Of a DNA stretch of 24,106 nt, positions 1 through 10,992 are shown piece after piece. The translations under genes were made by a program, and so were the position numbers. Origin of the DNA: Elsinoe ampelina. Taxonomy: Eukaryota. Position 1 is the first letter of the stretch, and each line of letters starts with the position of its first letter. Location: contig ML992502.1 of assembly GCA_010093995.1 (NCBI GenBank), positions 2,083,925-2,108,030 of the forward strand, written 5' to 3'. Under the pieces are notes generated by a model, which saw only the letters and a list, made by a program, of their open reading frames with translations, was not told the DNA's origin and did no database searches.

Positions 1-1
1 T

Positions 2-586
2 AGCCCGTTTACGAAGAGGCTCCTGCTCCGGGATGGTTTGGTCGCTTGTTTCGAGATCGTCTTCCACTGGAACTTTCGACAATCTCGAAGGAGTGCTGTG
101 CCTCGTCTCGTGCGTGTCTTTCCGTTTTTTCCTGCCCGGCAGGTATTTGTCTTGTGGATGATGCTTCCTACTATAGTTATGGTACTTCTGCGCAGCCGCC
201 CGTGAAGAACGCCTTGTGGCATTTGCATCTGGCGAGCGTGAGGTCGGCATTTCCTCATCCGAGTGTTGATCCGTTGGAGGCGTATCACTGACAGAATCGC
301 CATCGTCGCTTACGTCGGAATGGTTCGAAGAGGAGGAACGACTGGAGACATCGCTCGCTGCGCTGGAAGAACGCCATGACTTGGGCGATGGACGAGGCAG
401 ATCCATCAACTTTGCGTACTGTGTTGGCTTCATCGCCTTGTCGTAAGACGGATGCAATCGCCTGTCGTAGTTGATATGCTTGCCCTCGTTGCGGGCCGAG
501 CGACGAGGACCGCTTTCGCATGAAGATGTATCGTCAGGACCTGGTGTAGACATATCTGCCTGGTTCGAGGATCGCGAAGGAGGCAT
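2..586 (-). CDS. Hypothetical protein, 5' part (runs off the window start); Ser/Arg/Asp-rich with a twice-repeated RRSxR...NYxR(R/K)xHPxxD motif
   Basis: Manual translation from ATG at 586 gives MPPSRSSNQADMSTPGPDD...RRSARNEGKHINYDRRLHPSYDKAM...RRSSRAAAQKYHNYSRKHHPQDKYL..., open for 195 codons to the window edge. It is missing from the ORF track because there is no stop in the window. Confidence 0.75.
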   Translation of the reverse strand, partial: MPPSRSSNQADMSTPGPDDTSSCESGPRRSARNEGKHINYDRRLHPSYDKAMKPTQYAKLMDLPRPSPKSWRSSSAASDVSSRSSSSNHSDVSDDGDSVSDTPPTDQHSDEEMPTSRSPDANATRRSSRAAAQKYHNYSRKHHPQDKYLPGRKKRKDTHETRHSTPSRLSKVPVEDDLETSDQTIPEQEPLRKRA

Positions 587-1013
587 GCTGGTGGTTGTGG
601 AGTCATGCAAATCTCCTACCAGGATGTGTGAAAGATAGAAGTGCTGTGTTTACCAAAAGTGAGGTGCTTTGCGAATCGGCCATGTCGCGACGCGACTGAA
701 TCAGGCATCAATTGCGTCCATGTCACGCCGATCACGTGCATGAAGCGCGAGAGCCGGGGTCGGCGGTAACGACAGCCGCGCTGGAAAGACGTCGTGTTGC
801 AAGGGCGACTTCGAGGTTCTCACCGAATACGGCTTAGTCCAGTCGTGAACTGCTTCCGTGTTTTCTAGCAAATTAGTTGTGCCTCATTGCTGGCTGTGAT
901 ATGTTCAGTTGAGTGAGAGCTAGGGAAACCAAACATCATTGAGACTTTCTTGCTGTAGCGTAGCATGAGTGAGATGGGCTTGATTGCTTTTGATTGTTGT
1001 AGAATGTAAAGCG

Positions 1014-1896
1014 CTATGGCCAAAGCTCGTCCTCAGACCATGCGCCAGTCTTTGAGTCGTAAGTGAATTTCTGCCTCCGTGACTTTTCAGGATCACTGAG
1101 ATCAAGTTGCTCGACCTCCTCTGGTCTGATGACAACGACGCGAAAGTGCTTTCTCGCCACAGGATCTTCAAGGTCCTCAACTTTGGTACCGAGCTTCAGG
1201 TTCTTGTCATCGTACGGCTCAGATGTCGGCTGGCCCGGCGGTGGCGCCTTGAAGCTGCCTGTAAAGTGTCAGGTATGGGCCAATTGGGACCATGAATGTC
1301 GCGAACAAACCTCTGAGACCTGGAGAATTATTGCCAAAGTGTGCTGTCAGCTCTTTTGACCAGCTCCAACCATCCTTTCCGTCCTCCTTTACGACTCTCA
1401 TCCTTTGTCCCAGCTCACTCTTGACTGTCCTTACGCCACTGCTCTCTGTGGCATCATCGATATCTGGACCCACGATGAAAGCCTCGCCCTTCATCCTCCA
1501 CTGCGTCATAGTATCCTTCACCCACCATACCGCCTCAACTGGGCCTCCTCCTCCACTACCCTTTGTCTGCTCTGGCTTCTCGGCGTGGCCGTGACTGCTC
1601 ACAAAGATCTCCGGGACCTTCATCATGCGGACGTCGGACGTAAATGTTGGCAGCTCGCTCTCATATACCCGCTCATTCTGGGGTGCATCATTGTGCTTGT
1701 TCTCTGGTAATTCCGCCCAGAAGCCCCTGAAGATGCAGTATCTTGCTCTCGGGACATAAGGTGTGGGAGCTCCCGCAGGAGCAGTGTGCAGGGACGAGAA
1801 GACGAACTCTGGCGAGTCCATCTTGCCCAGATGGTCAAGGAAGGCTGACTTCCATGGAGCCGGCTTGGGTTTGTCTGAGGTCGAGACTGAAGCCAT
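1014..1896 (-). CDS. Pyridoxamine 5'-phosphate oxidase-like FMN-binding split-barrel protein (Alr4036/Pyridox_oxase_2-type), ~276 aa; exons 1896-1311, 1258-1014
   Basis: Motifs APWKSAFL, PRARYCIFRGFW, TSDVRMMKV, GGGGPVEAVWW and TQWRMKG. Intron 1310-1259 (GTTTGT...CTGAC...TACAG) restores the frame into GSFKAPPPG...ARKHFRVVVIRPEEVEQLDL...WSEDELWP*, the typical family C-terminus. Confidence 0.85.
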
Positions 1897-3095
1897 GGTG
1901 CGGGATCCAAGGGCACGATTGACCAAGGATAGTCGTCGACTGATTGTTTGAGAAGCTATGTTGGGCGAAGTAGCGACTGCTTGGAGGAGAAATGCTTGGT
2001 AGGAATGGGCACAGCTGTCCTACCTGAAGTCAGAGTGTATTGTCAGGGGAATTGCAGGTGAAGATGGATGTGTACCACTTTCAACATGACGGCATAGCTG
2101 CGACACTAGGAAAGCGAATCTCGGTGCAGCCGATCTCAGATCTGATGCGGCTCTGCTCTGCGAGAGGCTCGAGCTTCTCTCAAAGACGCATGTGGCTGCG
2201 TGGCAGTCTGGCTGCATGACATCTGCGGAAGAGGCGTGCGGAGACACGAACTGCATCCTTCTTCCATCAACCATGGCTACGCTCCAATCGTCAGCAGCGT
2301 GCTCTGAGGTGCCGTGTGGCGGTCAGACAATCGCCAACCATGCCGCTCTGGAGTTTGCCGGATGTGCAACCCCGCATTGACATGAGGCATCCTTGCGATA
2401 AGTACTTCATTGGAGGTTTCTATCAGGCTCCGGAGGAACACGCGGTCACTCCGGATGGCCGCATTGGAAGCGAGCACAGGACGATAGATCCATTACAGAA
2501 GCCTCGAGCAAGCAATCGTTTGTGTACCATTGGACTTATCAGAACGCTACATGCCCTTCGGTCTGCCAGCCTGATCACAGATTTGACAGTAGAGCTCGAC
2601 ACTTCACTGCTGCTTCATACGACGACGATAGCTCGATATGATGTGCGCTGTCAGACACGGCCATCTCTCGGCCTGAACAGGGCTGCGTGATATCACGTCC
2701 AAGCTCGCCATGAAATTAGTTCAGGTCGCTTAGCCTCAATTCGCGCCAATCAAAGAAAAGCTCATTTGCGGCAAAGCCAGCATCCTCTCTCTTCCGTCCA
2801 CGCCATCAACGCAAGCGGCATTTTGACAGCTCGCCATGCAGTAAACTAGCTCCAAACCTGCAGCTGTCAAACATGCTATGCCGAGATCAGTCAAGACTGC
2901 CATTCTTCTCTGACCTGCTAAATTGCATACTTTTGTCTCATCACGGCTGATCTGCTTCTGTATGGAAGGCCAGGGAGAATTCTTCCTGCAGATCGGGATT
3001 CGTAGGCTTGACTCGTCTCAAAAAGGTCTGACCGCCCTTGCGAACTCGATAGGTCTCTTCGTTTAATTTACACTACTGGGATCATCAACGCCGCC

Positions 3096-3998
3096 ATGCC
3101 TGGATTCAACGAAGAGCCATTAAGTCATGAAGAGTCCATGCAACTCGTACACTCGAAAATTGATGAGTGGACCAGATCACTGGAGAGGATCAACAGCACA
3201 GTGCAGCGATGGCGGGAATACCTCTCAAAACATCAAGAAAGTGAAGCACGTGACCAAGCCCCTCGCCTGACACGAACTCGGTCAGACTCATTGCAGTCTA
3301 TCAATGAAGAGAAGCACCACTTTACAAAGTCTACACAGATTCGATTCGAAGATACCCGATCAAGACGGCAGCCGAGTCCGACCAGCAGAACTCGTGAAGT
3401 GAAGCAAGTGGTCTTTTTCGATTCAACTTCTCAGAAGCAATTCGAGGAACTGGTCAAGAATGTTCAGTACGTGAGAAGCCGAGTACTCAGAACAATCGCC
3501 GTCAGCGAGCTCGCCGCCACGTCGCAATCAGTGAATGCAAAGCGCAGCGTTTCGAAGACTCTATCCCTCAGGACCGGTGGCACCACATCCAGGCCTGAAA
3601 CGGTCAAGGAGGAAATCAATCCGCTGGACAAGGATGTACGGCGACTCGAGTACTTGCTCAAACAGAGCATGGACCAGTGCGAAGAAGCAGCATATCAGCT
3701 TCTGCGGAAAGGAATTTGTGACGTCCAATTTCAGAATATCAGGAGACGGCTGAAAGAATGTTCGGAAATTGTAAGGAGTCACGTGGTAGCACTCACGCCA
3801 CCCCGGGCATTGTCAACTCGATCTGGCACTAGTCCGTCCCGGCCACCTACACAAAATGCAGCCACATCCGCTATAGAAGTACTCGAGGTCGACGATGAGG
3901 ACGATGACAGTGGCGATGAAGGTGAATTGGATGCTAAGCTCGACGCTCTGAGGCTCAAGTCGAAACAGATGGCGTCGAGGGTGCCCACGTCAGGATAG
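3096..3998 (+). CDS. Hypothetical protein, 300 aa, helical/coiled-coil, uncharacterised
   Basis: Intronless ORF with a good start context (GCCGCCATG). The blocks VFFDSTSQKQFEELVKNV and LKQSMDQCEEAAYQLLRKGIC resemble conserved uncharacterised ascomycete proteins. Acidic patch near the C-terminus. Confidence 0.75.
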   Translation: MPGFNEEPLSHEESMQLVHSKIDEWTRSLERINSTVQRWREYLSKHQESEARDQAPRLTRTRSDSLQSINEEKHHFTKSTQIRFEDTRSRRQPSPTSRTREVKQVVFFDSTSQKQFEELVKNVQYVRSRVLRTIAVSELAATSQSVNAKRSVSKTLSLRTGGTTSRPETVKEEINPLDKDVRRLEYLLKQSMDQCEEAAYQLLRKGICDVQFQNIRRRLKECSEIVRSHVVALTPPRALSTRSGTSPSRPPTQNAATSAIEVLEVDDEDDDSGDEGELDAKLDALRLKSKQMASRVPTSG

Positions 3999-4031
3999 TC
4001 AACGTCGTAATCTATACATGCTGTGAGGTAT

Positions 4032-4832
4032 CTACTTCGTCCTGACCTGCTTGAGCTTTCCCGGGCTGTGCACAAATTGAGTCGCGTATGCCTTGGGAAT
4101 GATCCTCCTCTCGTTTGGCTCCTGAACGAAGTACTCGTATCCTTGCTTCTGCGCAAATCTGATCGCATCGTCCTTGGAAGCAAAGCTGAGATGTGTGCCC
4201 TGCATGAAGTCTGCCGATGATTGCCAGCCCATCAAGGGGTTCTCCCATCTGTGTCCCTTTGATAGAATGTCCCAGTCCATACGCCATTGGTGGCCGTGCC
4301 AGTCCCCAGATTGCGTCGCGGTCTTAGCAGGACGGAAAATGCTATGATCAATATCAGCTACTGAGCTCGGTGAGGTTGGGAGGGGAAACAGACCGGACTG
4401 TGCGAGCTTGAAGGTCGGTTGGTGCTCCAGACAGCACAGCGGCTGGTACGTTATCGCCTGGCTCGCTGCCATCCATCACACGCATCGGTACTGGCGAGAA
4501 AGCACTATTATCGTTAGTCCCACCTCAAACGATGTCCGCTCTTCCACTGACGATGTTCGATAGTCGACTGCCACATTATAGTCTGGCGAATGCTTGGCCG
4601 CGCCCTCAGCTGGCCCCTCTTGCCTGATCAGAGCAGCCGATCCGGGCTTGTATCCAGGAGGCTCGGATGTCGAGGCGTGAGGTCGGTCTCGTTGCCCTCC
4701 TTGAGATGCGGGCGGGTTGTGTGCTTGGGTCTCCCATCTTACGGCGATGGAGCTGGTGTTGGCATTTGTACCTAGACGCAGTCGCGACGGCAGCGACAGT
4801 AAGCCCGATCGCAGAGGTCGAATGGCCGCCAT
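4032..4832 (-). CDS. NDUFS4: NADH:ubiquinone oxidoreductase accessory subunit NDUFS4 (21 kDa / AQDQ family), ~233 aa; exons 4832-4552, 4504-4394, 4341-4032
   Basis: Arg/Leu/Ser-rich mitochondrial presequence. The spliced product contains VLSGAPTDLQARTVRIFRPAKTATQSG and RWENPLMGWQSSADFMQGTHLSFASKDDAIRFAQKQGYEY. Introns 4551-4505 and 4393-4342 have GT..CTAAC/CTGAT..AG signals; total 702 nt in frame. Confidence 0.95.
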
Positions 4833-5002
4833 CTCGAATCTGGAGAGTGTGTGCAGTGCAGCTCAGTGGTAGTGAACATGGCAATCGAAGTTCGAGATCT
4901 TGGCTTCCACGTGATCTGCACAGACCAACGCCCTAATCAACCTCATCACTTCTTCAAGTCTCATAGGCACAGGAAACACTACGACCAAGCTCACACATCA
5001 CC
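4833..5002. promoter_or_regulatory. 170-bp divergent promoter shared by NDUFS4 and ATP17, containing CACGTGA (bHLH/Cbf1-type E-box) at 4908-4914
   Basis: The start codons at 4832 (-) and 5003 (+) face away from each other, and the E-box is near the middle. Confidence 0.55.
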
Positions 5003-5569
5003 ATGGTGTCAACACTCATCCCTCCAAAGGTATGTTTCTATTCAATTGACACCCACGCGACACCAGCTGACCCAATTCAGATCGCCTCGCCCAGCGTACG
5101 TACATCTCGAAATCTTCAACTCCCGAACCTCCCCGAATAGCCGTAGCATTGCGACATGACCACCCAAAGCATCCACACGAGACCACAATATGGAATTTGA
5201 GCTCTGACATGGATATTACAGGGCATCGGCGCCGCTAAGGACACCGCGCGCATGCAGCGGATAGTGTCTTTCTATGAGAGACTTCCCCGTGGACCCGCTC
5301 CAGAGGCTAAGCCACGAGGACTGCTCGAGAGATACCAGAACCGATACATGGGCAAGAAGCCATCTGGCATGCGTGCGTAGACAGACATGTATCAGAGATT
5401 GGAGTATTACTGACGCCGACACAGCCCTCGTTCACCTGATCGGCGGTCTGCTTGTCCTCGGCTATGCCCAGCAGTACTACTTCCACTTGAGTATGCGCCA
5501 GAGTTTCCCACAAACTTCCGAACGTGGCTCTGACATGATACAGGGCACCACAAGAACAACGCGCACTAG
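5003..5569 (+). CDS. ATP17: Mitochondrial ATP synthase subunit f, 94 aa; exons 5003-5029, 5081-5095, 5222-5372, 5425-5490, 5544-5569
   Basis: Spliced translation MVSTLIPPKIASPSGIGAAKDTARMQRIVSFYERLPRGPAPEAKPRGLLERYQNRYMGKKPSGMPLVHLIGGLLVLGYAQQYYFHLRHHKNNAH*. Four canonical introns, including a 15-nt micro-exon. Confidence 0.95.
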
Positions 5570-6347
5570 ATGGATGCATGGGGAGTGTTTTGACAGGAGG
5601 CAAACATGTATAGGATCGAGAAAGACTCTCGGCACATGCCTGAGACCGATAGACAGTTCTCAAATGCAGCAGCTTGTTCTTAATCAACCAATGTGGCTTC
5701 TCTAATCCTATGCACTTGTTGTTTTCTTACAAGACTTGAGGTGGAATGAATCATGTGGACGTCGATTTATGATCATGGTCATGGTATCACAATCACGAGC
5801 CTACTTCGTACTACCTACTTGTAACATATAGTCCATGTAGCGAATGACTGTTTCGGCAGCCCTAAATACGTTCCTTGTATTGCCGCGCCTGATGCGACAA
5901 AGCTGTGATGACAGGATTCAGGCGTGGCCCGTGCACCTTCAAAGCTTGGCCGGCTGTCATTCAGCAACGTCCTCCCTACCACAGCGACGGCCTTTGTCCT
6001 TGAGTCACACCTCACACTGATCAACCTCACCGAAGGGATCACATATCTCGCAACTCACGAAAGCTACAAGCAAATTAGCGACAAGGCCGAAGAGCCTCAA
6101 ACCCTTCTAGCAGGCAAAGCGATCAGCCTGCGCAACCAGGTCCTAGACCAACCCTGAAGGCGCGATTCCATCACGCTGGATCATTCAACGGGATAAGAGA
6201 AGGTGTGTACAATCTTGACAGCTCGGACGAGACATCTTCAAATCTCAATTCCAAGTCTTTGCGCGACTGGACATCTTGCACGGCTTTCCACCTCAGCCAG
6301 GGCTTTCAGCTGAACTTTACTGACAGCCACCTATAGTCAAACCTGTT

Positions 6348-9300
6348 ATGGCCTCTTCAGACACCCAAAATGTGGTGGTAAACTCCCAGTCGGTGGACGC
6401 TTCGTCCATCGACGCGCATGACAAGACATCCAATACTGCTTCCGCCGTCAACGGCACCTCCGAAATCTCCGCGCCCGCCGTACAAGAGCCCCCGAACACT
6501 GATACCGCCGATCTGAATGCGAACTCGACACTTGCAAATGGGAAGCTCTCCAATCCTTCACAGTCCTCGGACTTATTAGACGCACACGTAAATGGGAATG
6601 GGCAGCATGCAGATCATCTGAGCGTTGCGGACACAGCTTCGGTACAGGGGTCGGTGCCTGATTTTGACTCAAGAGATGCTGGGAGTGTCGGAGATGCGGC
6701 GATATCAGATACGGACAGTCGTGGTGACGCGGGCGAGCAGGGAAAGGATACGAATGGAAACATCAAATCTGGAGCTGTGAAGAAGCCGACTACGTTCAAA
6801 GCCGTCTCGGTGACCAAGAACTTCCTCGCCAAGACAGCGACCTCGACGCCTTCGGTCAAGGTGGGAGAGAAGCGTAAGGAGATATTCGGTCTAAGAGGGG
6901 CGGACACGAACTAACAATCATAGTCACGGCACCCGCAGTGAGCTCACCGCAGACTATGGCAAGACCTCGTCTGGTCGCAAAATCGGGCAGCGGTCTCCGA
7001 GATAGCCCTCGACCACGACCAGGGGCAGAAGGACCTTCAGAGGGAAACACGGTGTGGAATAAGAACCGACGTACGACTCGCTCTGGGCTTTGCGTTTTTG
7101 GCTACTAACACATCTCAGCCGCACCACCACCCCCTCCGAAGCAATTCACGGACGAAGAACTCAAGCAGCAATACGGGATTCATCTTGCATCACGCATACA
7201 AGCCGATGATGAAGGCTCTAAACAATCCAAGTGGGCTGACATGGAAGATGAAGAGGATGACTGGGCGCCAGAGACGATCGAATGGATGGACGGGACAAAG
7301 TCAAAGACGAATCCTGAGCCGGTACAAGCATCAAAGCCAGCAGAAGAGCCTCGACCTCTCGAAACGAAGACTAATATGACTCCGCTGAAACGACCAACGC
7401 CGACTGGACCCCCAAAGACCATTCTGCGACCCGGAGCTGCTCAACTAAGCAAGCAAGATGCATTGGGCGGAAAGGATACGCCAGAGCAGAGGGCTACCTT
7501 AGGTTCAAAGGCTTCTGCTGCTCCGCCTGTGAAATCACCATGGGCGACATTACCGCCAGTCGACAAATCGGTTCCGATGTTTCAACCACCACCTCCACCA
7601 GCACCAGCCTCGAAACCAGCTTTTGGCTCACAGGATGCTAGATTCATGGATGATGCGTCATCAGCAATACGCCATGAAATTGAGGCGGATACCTTCGACC
7701 GTTCCTGGCGGGATTCCAGCGGCCCACGAGAACTTTTCAACTCGCAATCAGGTCGCTATGAGCCAGCTCCTGAAGGTGGACGACGTGGATCTATGCGACA
7801 CGATCAAGGATATCGCCAACCAGCAGTCTTGCAACGACCTTCAGAAGAGGACGCTTCATCGCAGCCAAGGTCACAAGCGGAGGGCAGTCCTTGGAGCCGC
7901 CGACGGTCTAGTGTCAGTCATTCAGTGCAGAGTTTCGAGAGGCGGGTGTCGATTCCACCAAGCACGGATGCAGTCACACCATCGGAGAATCGCACTGGTA
8001 TTGTCATCGGCCATGACATTGGACCGCAGGGCAGGAAGTCTTCAGATGCAGCACAGAAACTTCAACAGCAGATCAACGATCGCAATGAGGAATTGGCAAA
8101 GCAGAAGAAGATCATGCAAGAGAAGCGGGAAGCGGCAATTCGTCGCCGGCGTGAGGAAGAAGAACGTGAGGAGGCCGAGCGTCGTGAGCGCATCCGCATC
8201 AAGCTCGAATCTCTCGGCATGTCGTTGCCTGACAAGAAGGAGTCAGAGGTGAAGGCCGAAAATGCGGAATCCCCGCAACAACAGGTTTCAACACCAGCCC
8301 CCTCACAAGCTATTTCGTCACCCGCACCTCCTGGTCTATTGTCACAACAATCGGAACAAAAGAACCATGAGCGACCTCACACCAGCCCTCTAAAGGCACA
8401 GCCACTTGAGAATGTGCGCTCGGACCCCGGCACTCAACATATACCTCCCCCTCAACAACCTCCTTTTGCAAACCAGGCAGTCCGTCCGACAGCGAATTTA
8501 CCGAGCAGGAATTTCCAAGACACTTCTGTCCCGGTCTCTTCGTACTCTTCTCCTGGCGAACAGAAAGCTCAACCAGGTTCTTTCAAATCACCAGCTCTCG
8601 TCGCAGATTCGTTTGCTACGTGGGGTACTCGCACTACCTCGGGTCACGCCTCGCCTGCATCCAACGTTTGGGGACCTCCGGGCGCAACAAGAGGCATTGG
8701 TAACGGCGCTTTTGACTCGAGCTTCTCCAGAATCCCACCACGTTTGCAAAATCAAAACATCATGGGTCAAGCATTTGGTCCGCAGAATAACCGCAGCCCG
8801 TCAGCCGGCAACCGCCAGCAGGAAACTTCACCAATGCGTCATCAGCAGATGCTGTCAGACCAAAATCTAGCTGCGCTTGGCCTGGTCGACACCCCGACTG
8901 ACAGCTTCCCATCAGCACCTTCTGCCGGGCCATCACCTATGCCTGCGCAAGCTCAGCCCGTCGCACTACCTCCGATCGGACCGCCTCCACACCGCCAAGT
9001 CAGCCAGCCATTCCAGCAGCAAGTTCCACCGCGCGGACCTGCATCTTGGGGTCATTACGCAGCTACGGCAGGCACTGAGCACCGTCCAGGCTACCCGCAG
9101 GCTCCCCAGCCTACCCACACCGGACCTGGACAACAGTGGAAGGAAACCTTCAAGCAGACCAAGGTCAGCAGCTGGACCGGAGCAACTCGCAATGTTGTGG
9201 TTGCCGAACCGGTTATCCACGCACAAACACAGGCTGGCCGGTCCGCACCGAGTCCAGCACCACCAGTTTCGCAAACTCAGCAACCAGCTGGCGCACAGGT

Positions 9301-10429
9301 TGCCGGGGATGACCAGGAGAGCACCGTCCGCCTTCCTACTGGCCCTGCTGCGTTCAAGAATCAGCCACCACAAGCGCCAATGCAGCAGCGTACTATGCCG
9401 AGCCTGCCGGCCCACCCCGTTGGTGGACACCAATCACGATTCTTCCCCATCGCCATTCAATACGGGTCGCCACCGCCCGAAGAGGCCAATCACCCTGCTC
9501 AGAGTGGTGACAAGGTCCATCCCAAGGTCAACTTGCCGCATCCCAAGCCAAAAGTCCGCCTGCCACAATCAGCTTCGCCGGCAGGTGTTCCAGGCGCACA
9601 GCCAAGTCCGGTCATCATGCCACAGCGCACACCGTCATACCGCGGTGTTCAGCCCCTCGTTCAGTCTTCCGACTGGCAAGCAAGGTTCAACGGACTATTC
9701 GGTAGAATCAGCACCACTACGGCTACTCCTCCATCGCCGCCCAAAACTCCGCCCAAGATGGACGCTATGCCATCTCCGGCTCCCATCTCGTCGTCCAAGG
9801 CGGATGTGTTCGAGGCTCCGGCGAACTTCTCGGCAACAGTCTCTCTACCAAGCAAACCTGGTGATGCAGCGCCTCAGCCTACCGGGCTGATTGTCAAGCC
9901 TTCTGCGGATGAGCTATTCGACGGCGAGTTGTCTTTCGGTTCTACTCCAAAGATCGTTGTCCCTCGCAACCCCAGCTACGAATTCGGCCCCGAGCGCAGA
10001 GGAATCCACATCCTGCGCATGTACCCCAATGCGAAATTTGATCGCCGTGTCATCTCACTTACCAAGGACTCGGACGTCGACAGCGATGACAATGTCACAG
10101 TCGCAACCATCAAACTATCATCGGAGGCAGACAGCAAGGAGGTTCCTCTACCACTGGCCATCACCAGGTCCAGGTTCAACGAAAAGCGCAAGCCATCAGG
10201 CAAGTTCGCCAAGTCACCCAAGATCGGATCAGAGAAGGAGAACGATGCGAGCCCCATCACCACACCCGTGAAGCTGGCAGATAGGATCGAAAAGACCAGA
10301 CCCAATCTCCAGAACAAGCCGACCCGCGGACCAAAGAGCTTCAGCAAAAGGGATGGTGAGCTCAAGTGGGCGCCCAAGACAGGCAAGGTCAGTCCAGCTC
10401 AGGCGACTGGTACACAGCAAGCGGCTTAG
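6348..10429 (+). CDS. Large Pro/Gln/Ser-rich, mostly disordered protein with a central charged coiled coil, ~1327 aa; exons 6348-6873, 6924-7070, 7119-10429
   Basis: Introns 6874-6923 (GTAAGG..CTAAC..TAG) and 7071-7118 (GTACGA..CTAAC..CAG) join the 188-aa and 1062-aa ORFs in frame. Conserved-looking islands: FKAVSVTKNFLAK, RPRLVAK, VWNKNRP, FTDEELKQQYGIHLASRI, KWADMEDEEDDWAPETIEW, RELFNSQSGRYEP, DWQARFNGLF. Confidence 0.85.
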
Positions 10430-10992
10430 ACGGCGGTGGAGCTGAAGATGAATATCGAGGTGGAGATTGGGACGGTGTCGCCGTAAGACGGCATTGAGGG
10501 TGGATGTAGGATACAGGAAGGGATGGAACGCAGTCGCAGAGATCATGGACGTCGTTCATTGAGAGAGGAAACACTCATGTATGCAGGAGAGGAGTCGGGT
10601 CGCCACGGTCAGTAAACATGCACTTGCCGGTGTTACAGCGGAGCGGTCATTAGCGATCTGGCACGATCGTAGTAGCGCAGATTTTGAGAATTGAGAGAAC
10701 AATCACTGCAATTATCTTCTTTATCAAGCGTGACATGATTAAGTGCTGAGATGGTGATTCCAAATTGTGACGCTGACCCTGCGGCTCCGAGCTGGGGTGT
10801 ATTAGGTGCGGAGAGATTCCGCACTCCACAGATGGAAGTCTGTTTTGTTTACACCTCCGCGAGCCCAGCTTCAACTTCACCATTCTTAGCATTTCACGAT
10901 TCACGACAAGACAGATCGATAGCGCGACATTCCTGGCGGCACAATAACTTGCGGCACTCTAGATTGTGTGAGATTTGGTCGAGCATAAAAAG

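Noticed and set aside
2020..2690. Several overlapping 60-124 aa ORFs in the intergenic region
   Set aside because: No recognisable motifs or consistent splice model; likely promoter/UTR sequence of the flanking divergent genes.
5096..5221. Longer ATP17 intron 2 (and NUF2 intron 1, 11089-11239) as a possible snoRNA host or stwintron
   Set aside because: No convincing C/D box pair with a terminal stem, and no nested splice-site arrangement, was found by eye.
7623..10546. Alternative-frame and antisense ORFs within the large gene
   Set aside because: Shadow ORFs of a GC-rich, low-complexity coding sequence.
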